From positions 256,957-320,956 of the forward strand of contig CACJJI010000001.1 in assembly GCA_902593675.1 (NCBI GenBank): a stretch of 64,000 bases of DNA, read 5' to 3'. The position numbers and the translations under genes are program-made. The notes beneath the pieces were generated by a model that did not search any database, was not told the DNA's origin, and was given only the letters and a program-made list of their open reading frames with translations. Below are positions 11,156 to 22,294 of this stretch, in pieces. Each line of letters begins with the position of its first letter. The stretch's first letter is position 1. This DNA comes from an uncultured SAR86 cluster bacterium (GTDB taxonomy: Bacteria; Pseudomonadota; Gammaproteobacteria; Magnimaribacterales; D2472).

Positions 11156-12139
11156 TTATTCTCCGTGTTGAAGGACTACTCTACCCTGTTGGCCACCCTC
11201 AAGGATAAGATCAATTTCTTGCTGTAAATTTTCTTTAAAAACAACTCTTATCATGGATGAAAGATCTAATTTCCATTCATCAGCAAATTTATTCCAAATA
11301 CTAGTTTTAAATTCTATTGGTGATTCTGCTGAGTCAATGCCAGCCAGTGTGATGCCTCGCAAGATAAATGGAAAAACTGTTGTGTTTACCTCTATACCAG
11401 CAACGTTCCCACAACATGCAATCACACCATGAGGTGATATTTGAGGAAGCATTTTACTTAATACATTTCCTCCAACCGTATCAATGGCTGAGGAAAATAA
11501 TGGCCTTTCCATGGCTTTAGCTGGTGACTCTAAATATTCATCACGCATAATAATATTGTTAGCTCCAATTGAATTAAGGAAATCAGTTGATGAGGGTTTA
11601 CCTGTTAATGCAGAAACTTCTTTGCCTAATTTAGATATCAACATTACGCTAATAGACCCAACACCCCCAGTTGCGCCTGAAATTAAAACGGGCAGGTCTG
11701 AGGCTTTTGAAGATTCTTGTATTTTTAATACGCTAGCTGCTGCCGTTATGCCAGCAGTACCAATAGACATAGCTTCCAAACTTGATAAATTAGATGGTTT
11801 TTTTACCACCCATTCAGCCGGCACATTGATGTACTCTCCAAAACCACCGGGAGTATTCATACCCATGTCATAACCAGTAACAATAACTTCATCACCATCA
11901 GTAAATTCTGAGGAGTTAGCATCAGCAATCGTTCCTGCAGCATCAATTCCTGGAACAAATGGGTAATTTCTGGTCACCCCTTTATTGCCTGATGCTGACA
12001 ATGCATCTTTATAGTTAAGAGATGAGTGAGATACTTTTATCTGAACAAAACCATCATCTGGCTTTTGAAGCTCCAATTCTGAGATTGAGGCCGAAAATGC
12101 TCCATCGATCTCCTCAACATAGTATGCTGAGTATTTCAT
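11156..12139 (-). CDS. YhdH/AcuI-type NADPH-dependent quinone oxidoreductase / acrylyl-CoA reductase family (MDR superfamily)
   Basis: SLNYKDALA-type motif (SSLNYKDALSASG), PFVPGIDAAG, GATGGVGS Rossmann motif, 327 aa. Its start overlaps the upstream SDR stop (TAATG). Confidence 0.8.
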   Translation of the reverse strand: MKYSAYYVEEIDGAFSASISELELQKPDDGFVQIKVSHSSLNYKDALSASGNKGVTRNYPFVPGIDAAGTIADANSSEFTDGDEVIVTGYDMGMNTPGGFGEYINVPAEWVVKKPSNLSSLEAMSIGTAGITAAASVLKIQESSKASDLPVLISGATGGVGSISVMLISKLGKEVSALTGKPSSTDFLNSIGANNIIMRDEYLESPAKAMERPLFSSAIDTVGGNVLSKMLPQISPHGVIACCGNVAGIEVNTTVFPFILRGITLAGIDSAESPIEFKTSIWNKFADEWKLDLSSMIRVVFKENLQQEIDLILEGGQQGRVVLQHGE

Positions 12140-12909
12140 TATCTTGGCTTCATTCTCATGGCTGAATCCAATCTTATTGTTTCGCCGTTAAGGTAAGCGT
12201 TCTCAACAATGTGTGCAGCTAAACTACCAAACTCAGCAGGTATACCAAATCTATGTGGGAACTGAGTCGATTCTAATAATGGATCTCTAACCTTGTCTGG
12301 AGCCATTTTCATTAAAGGTGTATCAAAGATGCCTGGTGCTATAGTATTAACCCTAATTCCATGTCTTGCGAGGTCTCGAGCAGCAGTCAAAGTTAAACCA
12401 ATAACACCTGCTTTTGAGGCACTATAGGCTGATTGACCAATTTGGCCTTCGTAGCCAGCAATGGAAGCAGTATTTATGATCACACCTTTCTCACCATCCT
12501 CATCAGCTTCATTTTTATCCATCAGTTCAGCAGCTAAACGCATAACGTTAAAAGTCCCAACTAAATTTAAATCTATAATAAATTTAAAATGATCTAATGG
12601 ATGAGGCGCATCTTTACCAATAATTCTTGCGCCATATCCAGTACCAGCACAGTTAATTGCAACGTGTAATTTACCAAATGCCTCCTCAATTTTTGACATG
12701 GCATCCTTAACGGGCTCCTCTTCCATGATGTTGGTATTAACATATTTTACACTCTCATCACCTAGCTCATCGCATATAGCTTTTGCATTATCATCATTAA
12801 TATCAAGAATCATGACTTTTGCACCTTGAGATACAAAGTGTCTTGTTGATGCTTCACCTAAACCAGATGCACCCCCTGTAATTGCTATAACTTTATCTTT
12901 TAATTCCAT
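12139..12909 (-). CDS. Type II 3-hydroxyacyl-CoA dehydrogenase-like short-chain dehydrogenase (HSD10/FadB2x-like)
   Basis: TGGASGLG, NCAG, and the YSASK catalytic motif, plus the insertion typical of the type II HADH family (GKDAPHPLDHF). Confidence 0.8.
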   Translation of the reverse strand: MELKDKVIAITGGASGLGEASTRHFVSQGAKVMILDINDDNAKAICDELGDESVKYVNTNIMEEEPVKDAMSKIEEAFGKLHVAINCAGTGYGARIIGKDAPHPLDHFKFIIDLNLVGTFNVMRLAAELMDKNEADEDGEKGVIINTASIAGYEGQIGQSAYSASKAGVIGLTLTAARDLARHGIRVNTIAPGIFDTPLMKMAPDKVRDPLLESTQFPHRFGIPAEFGSLAAHIVENAYLNGETIRLDSAMRMKPR

Positions 12910-12987
12910 TGTTTATCTCCAAATTGAACAAGAATTATACCTAGCTATTTATAAAAATGATCGAATTTAAAAACAGAAAAACTAAAT

Positions 12988-13003
12988 TGGCACGATAATT
13001 GCA
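12988..13003 (+). promoter_or_regulatory. Sigma-54 (RpoN) -24/-12 promoter
   Basis: TGGCAC-GATAA-TTGCA matches the TGGCAC-N5-TTGCW consensus exactly. It sits 39 nt upstream of the first gene of the OMP-glnK-amt operon. Confidence 0.8.
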
Positions 13004-13041
13004 TTATCAAAAATGAAACTTCATAAATTATAGGAGAAATT

Positions 13042-13632
13042 ATGAAAAGATTATTTTTACTTGTAGGCATTCTTGCCATGCCTTCATTTGCTGCAGTAAG
13101 TGCAAATGTATCTTTCGCCTCAGACTATGTCTGGAGAGGAATGACACAAAGTGACGGACCTGCAATTCAAGGTGGTTTTGACTTTGAGGCTGAATCAGGC
13201 TTTTACGCTGGTATTTGGGGATCAAACGTCAATTTTAATGATGGAGCAGGTAGTGAATTAGACTACTATGCGGGTTATGGTTTTTCATTAGGTGAGGTTG
13301 GAGTCGATATTGGATATATTGCTTTTGATTATCCTGAAAATCAGACCGGTCTTGATTTTGAAGAAATTTACCTAGGCCTTAGCCTTGGAGACTTTGGACT
13401 GACTCTAGCTTCTGGACAAGATGGTGCGCCTGATTACACAGAATTTTCATATGCATTTGGTCCTGTTTCTGTTGCTTATGGTGAGTACGATGATTACGGT
13501 GATAACACAACAGTAAGTTATGGTTTCTCTTGCGGGTCATTTGATTGTGGAATTACTGCATATGACTTCAGCGATGGTGGATACGGCGCAGATGAAGACG
13601 GTATCTTCTTCTCAATTTCAGCAAGCTTATAA
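13042..13632 (+). CDS. Small outer-membrane beta-barrel protein (Gcw_chp / TIGR02001-like family)
   Basis: Signal peptide (PSFAAVSA), the hallmark SDYVWRGMTQSD and GFYAGIWGSNV motifs, and a Gly/aromatic-rich beta-strand pattern. Confidence 0.7.
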   Translation: MKRLFLLVGILAMPSFAAVSANVSFASDYVWRGMTQSDGPAIQGGFDFEAESGFYAGIWGSNVNFNDGAGSELDYYAGYGFSLGEVGVDIGYIAFDYPENQTGLDFEEIYLGLSLGDFGLTLASGQDGAPDYTEFSYAFGPVSVAYGEYDDYGDNTTVSYGFSCGSFDCGITAYDFSDGGYGADEDGIFFSISASL

Positions 13633-13974
<342 letters not shown>

Positions 13975-13988
13975 TTAAGGAGATTAAT

Positions 13989-15269
13989 ATGGAAGAAATG
14001 AAATTTGCATTAGATACTTTTTACGCAATTATGTCCGGAGCATTGGTCATGTGGATGGCCGCTGGATTCACCATGCTTGAAGCTGGTTTAGTCCAAAAGA
14101 AAGATGTTTCTGAAATTGTTACTAAAAACCTCGGTTTATTTTCAATTGCATGTGTTATGTACCTGGTATGTGGTTTTGCTTTGATGTACCCATCCGGAGT
14201 ATTTGCTGGTATATCATCTGGTTTTGATGAGGCTGGAGAAGCAATTATTTACGGAATTTTACCTTCACTTGGAACATCTTGGGGTTTAAGTGCTGATATG
14301 CCTCTTGAAGAAATAGGTATGGCCTACGGAATGGACTATTCCCAACAAGCCGACTTCTTTTTCCAAGTTGTTTTTGTTGCCACTGCTATGTCAATTGTTT
14401 CAGGCGCTGTTGCCGGAAGAATGAAGCTAATACCATTCTTCATTTTTACAGTAATACTAACCGCCTTTATATATCCTGTTCAAGGATACTGGAACTGGGG
14501 TGGTGGTTTTTTAAGCGTTCTTGGTTATTCTGATTATGCTGGATCAGGAACAGTCCATCTACTTGGTGCTGCTGCAGCTTTGGGTGTTGTGTCATTGCTT
14601 GGTGCAAGAAATGGGAAATATGGCGCTGATGGTTCTATTAACCCTATGCCTGGATCTAATATTCCATTAGCAGCCTTAGGTGTGCTGATTCTTTGGTTGG
14701 GTTGGTTTGGTTTCAATGGAGGTTCTGAACTTGTTATCAGTGATGAAGCAAGTGCAATAGCTGTAAGTCAAGTTTTCTTAAATACCAATATGGCAGCTGC
14801 TGGTGGAGTCATAGGAGCATTGGTGCTGAGTCTAGTAATGACTGGGAAAAGTGACGTGACCATGGTGATAAATGGAGCTATTGCAGGTTTAGTTGCAATA
14901 ACTGCTGGTCCAAGCGCCCCAAGTGGAGGAGAATCAGTAATTATTGGTTTCCTAGGCGGTCTATTAGTATATGCCTCAATCCTGTTTTTTGATTCTAAAC
15001 TCAAGATCGACGATCCAGTTGGGGCTATCTCTGCTCATGGTATTGTTGGAATCTTTGGTGTAATGGTTGTTCCATTCACTAATCCAGAAGCATCATACTT
15101 GATTCAGCTGGTAGGTGTTATTTCAATTGCTGGTTTTGGTTTCATAGCTAGCTATGTAGCTGTTTACCTAATTAATATGGTTACACCTATAAGAGCTACT
15201 GATGAAGAGCAAGCTCTTGGACTTGACGCATCAGAAATCGGAGTTGAAGCTTACCCAGAGTTTAAGTAA
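13989..15269 (+). CDS. amt: Ammonium transporter (Amt family), copy 1, no cleavable signal peptide
   Basis: 11-TM Amt signature (DYAGSGTVHLLGAAAAL, WFGFNGGS, GAISAHGIVG). Confidence 0.9.
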   Translation: MEEMKFALDTFYAIMSGALVMWMAAGFTMLEAGLVQKKDVSEIVTKNLGLFSIACVMYLVCGFALMYPSGVFAGISSGFDEAGEAIIYGILPSLGTSWGLSADMPLEEIGMAYGMDYSQQADFFFQVVFVATAMSIVSGAVAGRMKLIPFFIFTVILTAFIYPVQGYWNWGGGFLSVLGYSDYAGSGTVHLLGAAAALGVVSLLGARNGKYGADGSINPMPGSNIPLAALGVLILWLGWFGFNGGSELVISDEASAIAVSQVFLNTNMAAAGGVIGALVLSLVMTGKSDVTMVINGAIAGLVAITAGPSAPSGGESVIIGFLGGLLVYASILFFDSKLKIDDPVGAISAHGIVGIFGVMVVPFTNPEASYLIQLVGVISIAGFGFIASYVAVYLINMVTPIRATDEEQALGLDASEIGVEAYPEFK

Positions 15270-15280
15270 AAAAACTCATA

Positions 15281-15312
15281 ATAACCGTCAACATTAGTTG
15301 GCGGTTATTTTT
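15281..15312 (+). terminator. Rho-independent terminator after amt copy 1
   Basis: ATAACCGTCAAC-ATTA-GTTGGCGGTTAT stem-loop (one mismatch/wobble) followed by TTTTT. Confidence 0.65.
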
Positions 15313-15328
15313 GCATCAAAAGAGTGCA
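15312..15328. promoter_or_regulatory. Possible NtrC-type enhancer half-palindrome
   Basis: TGCATCA-AAA-GAGTGCA resembles the NtrC consensus TGCACCA-N3-TGGTGCA. It lies about 60-75 nt upstream of the second sigma-54 promoter. Single site, weak. Confidence 0.3.
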
Positions 15329-15386
15329 AATTTAACAAGATTCTTTTAAATCCTTCCTCAAAACTATCAAATCAACCATTATAAAT

Positions 15387-15778
<392 letters not shown>

Positions 15779-15790
15779 CAAGGAGAAAAA

Positions 15791-17077
15791 ATGAAATTAT
15801 TTAATTATTGTCTTATTGGGCTTGCAACTCTAATCTCTCCGGCAGTTCTTTCGTCTGAAATTAATTCTGGGGATACTGCATGGATTCTTACCGCTACTGC
15901 CCTAGTCTTGTTTATGACTCTGCCAGGATTGGCTCTTTTTTATGGTGGATTGGTGAGAACTCAAAATGTTTTATCTGTGCTGATGCAATGTTTTGCAATA
16001 TGCTGCATAGTATCTGTGGTATGGGTTGTTTATGGGTATAGCCTAGCCTTCACAGGAAGCGGTTCTTTTATTGGAGGAACTGATGCATTTTTCTTGTCAA
16101 ATCTCACCAGAGATTCAGCATCAGGAACTTTACCTGAAAGTTTATTTGTTGTATTCCAAATGACCTTTGCTGTAATCACGCCTGCTTTAGTCGTTGGTGC
16201 CTTTGCTGAGAGAATGAAATTTAGCGCAATGTGTATTTTTACTGTTTTATGGGTAACTTTAGTATATCTTCCTGCATGCCATATGGTGTGGGGCGGTGGT
16301 TACCTTGCAGGTATAGGTGTCATTGACTTTGCTGGAGGTCTGGTTGTCCATGCAACATGTGGTGTTGGAGCTCTAGTTGCAGCAATGATGCTGGGTCCTA
16401 GGAAAGGTTTTCCTGGAGGTTCTCTTGTTCCACATAATAGGCCTATGGTTGTAATGGGTGCAGCCATGCTTTGGGTTGGATGGTTTGGTTTTAACGGCGG
16501 AAGCGCTGTCGCGGCAGACTCAAGCGCCGCTATGGCTATTTTAGTTACACACATTAGTGCCGCAGTTGGAGCTTTAACGTGGATGTCCGTTGAATGGATT
16601 AAAACTGGAAAACCAACTGTTGTAGGGATAGCTACTGGGATGGTGGCAGGTTTAGCTACCATTACACCTGCATCAGGAACAGTTGGCCCCCAAGGAGCAC
16701 TATTAATTGGTTTGTTGGCAGGAATAATATGTTTTTATGCAACACAAATGATCAAAAGTTACTTCAAAATTGATGATTCTTTGGATGTCTTTCCAGTCCA
16801 TGGCGTTGGAGGTATTTTGGGAATATTAATGCTTGCACTAGTTGGTAAGCCTGGAGGCTTTCTTGGAGCAGGAGCATCTGGCTTTGATGCCTCAGTCTTT
16901 AGTCAGTTCATGATTCAACTCCAAGGAGTTGTAGTTATATGCCTTTGGACTTTAGTTTTTTCTTGGATTGCCCTAAAGGTTACTTCGCTTGTTACCAATC
17001 TTAGGGTTAGCGATGAAAGTGAATACGAAGGTTTGGATATAACTGAGCATAACGAGAGCGGTTACTCTGCAAGCTAA
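15791..17077 (+). CDS. amtB: Ammonium transporter AmtB-type, copy 2, with signal peptide
   Basis: Cleavable signal peptide followed by SGDTAWIL, as in E. coli AmtB. Also DFAGGLVVH, WFGFNGGS, VFPVHGVGG. Confidence 0.9.
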   Translation: MKLFNYCLIGLATLISPAVLSSEINSGDTAWILTATALVLFMTLPGLALFYGGLVRTQNVLSVLMQCFAICCIVSVVWVVYGYSLAFTGSGSFIGGTDAFFLSNLTRDSASGTLPESLFVVFQMTFAVITPALVVGAFAERMKFSAMCIFTVLWVTLVYLPACHMVWGGGYLAGIGVIDFAGGLVVHATCGVGALVAAMMLGPRKGFPGGSLVPHNRPMVVMGAAMLWVGWFGFNGGSAVAADSSAAMAILVTHISAAVGALTWMSVEWIKTGKPTVVGIATGMVAGLATITPASGTVGPQGALLIGLLAGIICFYATQMIKSYFKIDDSLDVFPVHGVGGILGILMLALVGKPGGFLGAGASGFDASVFSQFMIQLQGVVVICLWTLVFSWIALKVTSLVTNLRVSDESEYEGLDITEHNESGYSAS

Positions 17078-17079
17078 GT

Positions 17080-18207
17080 TTATTTTAATTTTCTAAGAAC
17101 AGGATTGGCGTATTGCTCAAGCAGCTTTGAGCAAACGCCTTTATCTACACCATAGAGTCTATCTTCTAGCTTTGTTTGTGCCTGCTTAATTTCTTCTTCA
17201 GTATATTTACTTTGCTCAGGTAAATTTATGCCCATTAAATTGCAAGCAGCAAAATTTGTTGCATGAAGTTCATACATTGAAACTATAGAGTGAGTTATTT
17301 TATTTGAAACTTTTTGATAGTCGACTTCATCTTCAAATCTCATGGGTTTAGAAAGATTAATATTTACATTACCTTTAAATCCAGTAATTCCATTGGCAAT
17401 ACTTTTGAGATCTTCATCCCTCTCTTTTATATATTCGCTATTCAAATCAGCTGAATGTAGTTCCTTGGCTTTCAATAAGTCATTAGGATCAAATTCATAA
17501 GAAATTGCTACTGGTACAACTTTCAGAGAATTAAAATAATTAGAAATAGATTGAGATTTTCTTTCGGTTAAATGAATCATTTTTAACAAAGCGGGATCTG
17601 TCTCATCAATACCATCTTTTGCTCTACCCTGCTTTTGGGCAATCCAAACCGAATCATTGTCATTAAAAATACTCTTATGGATAAATTGTGAAGCAAGCAT
17701 TAAACCAGAATAAATTTCCTTTTTTGTCCCTCCGGACCTTTGAATAATAAAGCTTTTATTTAATCGAAATAGATCAGAAGCCCAAGTTTCTTCCATCAAG
17801 TTATTACCCACAGCAATATTAAACGTCTTGAAACCAGACTGATAAAGATTTAAGGCAAGCAGTGCAGCATCAAGAGAGATATCTCGATGATTGGAAATAA
17901 ATAGATGGCTATCCTTTTGATTTAAATTTTCAAGACCGTTAACGTTAAATGTTGAAATAGATTCTTTAACAACATTCTCCATCAAGCTTTTAAATATTCT
18001 TTGATAATCATCAATTGTGTGAATATTTTTAACTTTAGAAATAAGTTTTTGTTTAACGAAAAATTTTACAAAAGGAATTTTGGAGGCCATCCCAGGAAAC
18101 TGTAATCCCATCAAAGCTTTTATAACTGATTCATTTGAGGTAAGAGACTGCAGAACTTGATCTACTTCAGAATCAGTATAGGGTCTAATATTTTTAAATG
18201 GATCCAT
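17080..18207 (-). CDS. Lysophospholipid/glycerol-phosphate acyltransferase family protein
   Basis: PlsC-superfamily block FISNHRDISLDAA, plus downstream AQKQGRAKDG and VPVAISYE blocks. 375 aa. Confidence 0.65.
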   Translation of the reverse strand: MDPFKNIRPYTDSEVDQVLQSLTSNESVIKALMGLQFPGMASKIPFVKFFVKQKLISKVKNIHTIDDYQRIFKSLMENVVKESISTFNVNGLENLNQKDSHLFISNHRDISLDAALLALNLYQSGFKTFNIAVGNNLMEETWASDLFRLNKSFIIQRSGGTKKEIYSGLMLASQFIHKSIFNDNDSVWIAQKQGRAKDGIDETDPALLKMIHLTERKSQSISNYFNSLKVVPVAISYEFDPNDLLKAKELHSADLNSEYIKERDEDLKSIANGITGFKGNVNINLSKPMRFEDEVDYQKVSNKITHSIVSMYELHATNFAACNLMGINLPEQSKYTEEEIKQAQTKLEDRLYGVDKGVCSKLLEQYANPVLRKLK

Positions 18208-18211
18208 AGCA

Positions 18212-19501
18212 TTAAGCTAGAAGTTGAATCATAACTCCAGCAGCAACAGCTGAGCCAATTACCCCAGCCACATTAGGTCCCATGGCGTGCATAAGCAAAA
18301 AATTCTGGGAGTCGCTCTCTAAGCCTACTTTATTAGCTACTCTTGCAGCCATTGGCACTGCTGAAACGCCCGCCGCTCCAATGAGAGGGTTAATTTTATT
18401 AGCACTTAATAAATTCATCATTTTTGCCATCAAAATTCCTGAGGCTGTACCAATTGAAAAAGCAATTATTCCAAGCGAGAGAATTCCAAGAGTTTCAGGC
18501 GTAAGAAATTGATCTGCAGCGAGTTTAGATCCAACAGCTAAACCTAAAAAAATTGTAACGATATTGATTAAAGAATTTTGAACAACTTCACTCAATCTTT
18601 CGACAACCAAAGACTCCCTCATTAAATTACCAAAACAGAACATGCCAATTAATGGAGCGGCACTTGGCAACATCATGCCAACCAGAAAGACCAAGATTAT
18701 TGGAAAAATTATTTTTTCTTTTTGAGAAACTTCCCTTAATTGAACCATTCGAATAGTTCTTTCAGAGTGAGAAGTAAGAAATCGCATAATTGGAGGCTGG
18801 ATTAATGGTACCAATGCCATATAAGAATATGCAGCTACCGCAATAGCACCTAGAAGTTCTGGAGCTAAAATCGATGAAACATAAATTGCCGTTGGACCAT
18901 CTGCTCCGCCAATAATACCCGTTGCTGCTGCTTGCTTTAAAGTAAATGAAACTACCCCAAGCTTATTCAAAAGCAAGGCACCAATAACCGTTGCGAAAAT
19001 ACCAAATTGAGCTGCAGCGCCTAATATTAATGTCTTAGGATTAGCCAGCATTGGACCAAAATCAGTCATTGCGCCTACACCCATGAAAATAACTAGAGGT
19101 GCAACTCCTGAACCAATTGCCACAGAGTAAAATGTATTTAAAATACCTGCTTTATATCCAAGCTCTGCTGCGTATTCATTTAATAGCCATAACTGAGAAT
19201 GGGAAGCAGTTTTAAGGAATGCAGAGAGGGATTCAGCGTCCCCAATAGAGATTAAGGATAAGGCTCCAGCTAATTCATCAGGATTTGAAAAATAAATTAA
19301 TTTTTCAACTGGACTAAGGGCAAGGCCAATTTCTGGAATATTTGTGAGAATAGCTCCAAAACCAATAGGTAAAAGCAAAAGTGGTTCAAATTTTTTATTT
19401 ATAGCTAAATATAGAATTAACAAACCGACCACGAGCATAATTGCTTGGCCAGAAGTGAGGCTAAAGAAGCCTAAACTAGAGAAAATTGCTTCAAGATTCA
19501 T
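18212..19501 (-). CDS. oadB: Oxaloacetate decarboxylase Na+ pump, beta subunit
   Basis: 429-aa polytopic protein with OadB/GcdB/MmdB family blocks ([34 protein letters not shown]). Confidence 0.9.
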   Translation of the reverse strand: MNLEAIFSSLGFFSLTSGQAIMLVVGLLILYLAINKKFEPLLLLPIGFGAILTNIPEIGLALSPVEKLIYFSNPDELAGALSLISIGDAESLSAFLKTASHSQLWLLNEYAAELGYKAGILNTFYSVAIGSGVAPLVIFMGVGAMTDFGPMLANPKTLILGAAAQFGIFATVIGALLLNKLGVVSFTLKQAAATGIIGGADGPTAIYVSSILAPELLGAIAVAAYSYMALVPLIQPPIMRFLTSHSERTIRMVQLREVSQKEKIIFPIILVFLVGMMLPSAAPLIGMFCFGNLMRESLVVERLSEVVQNSLINIVTIFLGLAVGSKLAADQFLTPETLGILSLGIIAFSIGTASGILMAKMMNLLSANKINPLIGAAGVSAVPMAARVANKVGLESDSQNFLLMHAMGPNVAGVIGSAVAAGVMIQLLA

Positions 19502-21255
19502 TAGCTTTTAATTTCAAATAAAGGATTGCCTGGTTTAACGGTATCTCCTGGCTTGACGAATATTTTTCCAATAACTCCAGCGCTAGGTGCTTTTATTTCT
19601 GTTTCCATTTTCATGGCCTCTAAAATTAAAACTGTCGTATCTGCATCTACAGACTCACCTTCTGAAATAATTGTTCTAAAGATGTTTCCTCCCAAAGGCG
19701 CTTCGATAACTGTTCCCGTTCCAGCTGCAACGGAGGGAGAAGATACAACTTCATTGATGGATGAACCATCATTAATCGTCACTGAATTGTCAGCCTTTAA
19801 GGTAACTGAATATTCATGATCATCTACTGTTACAAGATATGAAGAATCGGTAAGCTCATGAATTTCCAAAGGCTCAGATTCAAAAAATTCAGGGTTATCG
19901 ACATTTTCAATATAATTCATCCCAATTTCAGGAAACATTGCATATATAAGAACATTTTCGATCGATGGTTCGGCATTAATATTTTTTTCAGCAACAACTT
20001 TTTTAAATTCTTCTTCTACTGACTGAAAATCATCACTCAGCAAGTCAGCTGGCCTGCATGTAATAACTGCGCCATCTCCAATTCCCTCTTGCTGCAAATC
20101 CTTGTTAACTGGTGCAGGGGTTGCGCCATATTCTCCTTTCAACAAAGACTTGACTTCATTGGTCACTGTTGAATACCTAGATCCCGACAGTATATTGATC
20201 ACAGATTGAGTGCCTACAATCTGAGAGGTTGGAGTAACCAATGGAATAAATCCTAAATCCTCTCTTACTTTTGGAATTTCATGAATCACCTCATCAAACC
20301 TCTCAATAGAGTCTTGAGCTTTAAGTTGATTTTCAAGGTTTGTTAACATCCCGCCTGGTACCTGAGAGGCCAATATACGTGCGTCAACACCGCGCAGTGA
20401 CCCTTCAAAATTCTTATACTTTCTTCTAACTTTTTGAAAATGCTCAGCTACGGGGGTTAATTTTTCTATATTTAGACCAGTCTCTCTATTAGTTCCATCC
20501 AATATACTAATCAATGTTTCAGTGGGTGTATGACCATAGGTCATGCTCATTGAAGAAATTGATGTATCTATATTGTCTAAGCCAGCTTCAATTGCTTTAA
20601 CACCGGTTGCAACAGACATGCCCGTGGTTGCATGACAATGCATATGAATCGGAATTTCAAGTTCATCTTTCAATCTTGAAACCAGCTCAAATGCTACATA
20701 TGGCTTTAATAACCCAGCCATATCTTTAATAGCTAAAGAATGTGCTCCCATATCTTGAATGTTTTTTGCAAGATCAAGCCATAAATCAATAGTGTGAACC
20801 GGGCTAGTAGTATATGAAATGGTGCCTTGAGCGTGACCCTCTACTGCAATAACAGCTTGCAGGGCTTGATGCATATTTCTTGGATCATTCAGGGCGTCAA
20901 ATACCCTAAATACATCAACACCATTTTTTTTAGAACATTCAACAAATTTATTAACAACATCGTCAGAGTAATGTTTATAACCTAATAAATTTTGACCCCT
21001 TAGAAGCATTTGCTGAGGAGTATTTGGCATCATTGACTTAATTTTTCTGATTCTTTCCCAGGGATCCTCACCTAGATATCTGATACAGGAATCAAATATC
21101 GCGCCGCCCCATGATTCAACTGACCAAAAACCAACGCTATCAAGATCTTTTAATGCAGCTTCCATGTCATGGTACCTAAATCGAGTAGCAAGCAATGATT
21201 GATGAGCATCTCTTAAAACTACTTCTGTAACTCCAATTGTCTTAGAATCTGTCAT
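19501..21255 (-). CDS. oadA: Oxaloacetate decarboxylase alpha subunit (carboxyltransferase + biotinyl domain)
   Basis: TIM-barrel carboxyltransferase ([17 protein letters not shown]) and a C-terminal biotin attachment motif EAMKME. Confidence 0.9.
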   Translation of the reverse strand: MTDSKTIGVTEVVLRDAHQSLLATRFRYHDMEAALKDLDSVGFWSVESWGGAIFDSCIRYLGEDPWERIRKIKSMMPNTPQQMLLRGQNLLGYKHYSDDVVNKFVECSKKNGVDVFRVFDALNDPRNMHQALQAVIAVEGHAQGTISYTTSPVHTIDLWLDLAKNIQDMGAHSLAIKDMAGLLKPYVAFELVSRLKDELEIPIHMHCHATTGMSVATGVKAIEAGLDNIDTSISSMSMTYGHTPTETLISILDGTNRETGLNIEKLTPVAEHFQKVRRKYKNFEGSLRGVDARILASQVPGGMLTNLENQLKAQDSIERFDEVIHEIPKVREDLGFIPLVTPTSQIVGTQSVINILSGSRYSTVTNEVKSLLKGEYGATPAPVNKDLQQEGIGDGAVITCRPADLLSDDFQSVEEEFKKVVAEKNINAEPSIENVLIYAMFPEIGMNYIENVDNPEFFESEPLEIHELTDSSYLVTVDDHEYSVTLKADNSVTINDGSSINEVVSSPSVAAGTGTVIEAPLGGNIFRTIISEGESVDADTTVLILEAMKMETEIKAPSAGVIGKIFVKPGDTVKPGNPLFEIKS

Positions 21256-21482
21256 GATCTAATGCCTCCAAGAACTTCTTTAATAATTTTATGATGAATT
21301 TCGTTTTTAACAGCAGCAGGCGATAAATCATTAGAATCTAAAGCATGCTCTTTAGTTGATGAAAAGAAAATTCTTAACACATTCACGGAGATAATTAGTA
21401 ACACTAGGAAAGTGAAGACAACTGTCATTCCGCTGTAAAGGAGATTCATTCCCTCTTGAATTAAGATATCCTGCTCTGCCAT
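21252..21482 (-). CDS. oadG: Oxaloacetate decarboxylase gamma subunit
   Basis: 76-aa protein with a single N-terminal TM helix (GMTVVFTFLVLLIIS). It is the first gene of the oad operon and overlaps oadA by 4 nt. Confidence 0.7.
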   Translation of the reverse strand: MAEQDILIQEGMNLLYSGMTVVFTFLVLLIISVNVLRIFFSSTKEHALDSNDLSPAAVKNEIHHKIIKEVLGGIRS

Positions 21483-21553
21483 ATTTATTATATAAATCTA
21501 AAATTTTTGAATTGACTTTAGTGATTTTACACCATTGTAAGTACAATATTGAA

Positions 21554-22294
21554 ATGTCATCTCACTCATATTTGAATATTTCTGGTGTAGCCATCTCTGC
21601 TCATAGAGGCGGCAGCATTGAAGCTCCAGAGAATACTCTCGAATCCTTTAAATATGCTCTAGACCTTGGGTGCTCATATATTGAAACAGATGTTCAGCTT
21701 TCAGCAGATGGGATTCCCTATATTTTTCATGATGACGACTTAAAAAGATTGCTGGATAGAGATGTCATGTTCAACACCCTTAGCAGCAGTGAAATCGAAA
21801 ACTTAAGATTATTTGAATCTTACTCAATACCAACTCTGAAAATGGCACTTACAAAGTTTCCAGATGCCCTGTTTCAAATAGACTTAAAAACAGATGAAGT
21901 TGCGCTTCCTGCAATGCAGGTGATCGAAGAGCTGAATGCTTTTGAAAGAGTTTGCATAGCCAGCTTTAGCAGTAATAGACTGAAAGTAGTTCGGGAGAAG
22001 TTCCCAAAAACCTGCTTCTCTATGGGTCCAAAAGAAATCTTGCAGCTATTACTAGCTAGCTTTGGTCTATACAAACAAAAAGTTCCCGGAGATTGTTTGC
22101 AGGTTCCCATATATCACTATGGAATAAAATTGGTTACAAAAAGGTTTGTAAAGTATGTGCAAAGCATAGGTTTAAAAATTCACGTATGGACAATCAATGA
22201 TGCTGACACAATGCAAAAGCTAATAAATTTAGGCGTGGATGGAATTATTACTGATAAACCAAAAGTTTTAAGAGATCTTCTTTCGAAGAGTTAA
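21554..22294 (+). CDS. Glycerophosphodiester phosphodiesterase (cytoplasmic UgpQ-like)
   Basis: GDPD motifs (AHRGG..APENTL, ETDVQLSADG, HVWTIND, DGIITD). No signal peptide. I prefer the ATG at 21554 to the upstream alternative start at 21512. Confidence 0.8.
   Translation: MSSHSYLNISGVAISAHRGGSIEAPENTLESFKYALDLGCSYIETDVQLSADGIPYIFHDDDLKRLLDRDVMFNTLSSSEIENLRLFESYSIPTLKMALTKFPDALFQIDLKTDEVALPAMQVIEELNAFERVCIASFSSNRLKVVREKFPKTCFSMGPKEILQLLLASFGLYKQKVPGDCLQVPIYHYGIKLVTKRFVKYVQSIGLKIHVWTINDADTMQKLINLGVDGIITDKPKVLRDLLSKS

Noticed and set aside
21352-21546. A 64-aa ORF that overlaps oadG in another frame and extends into the oad/GDPD divergent promoter region.
   Set aside because: OadG in the alternative frame fits the operon (4-nt overlap with oadA, N-terminal TM helix). 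The 64-aa product has no features.
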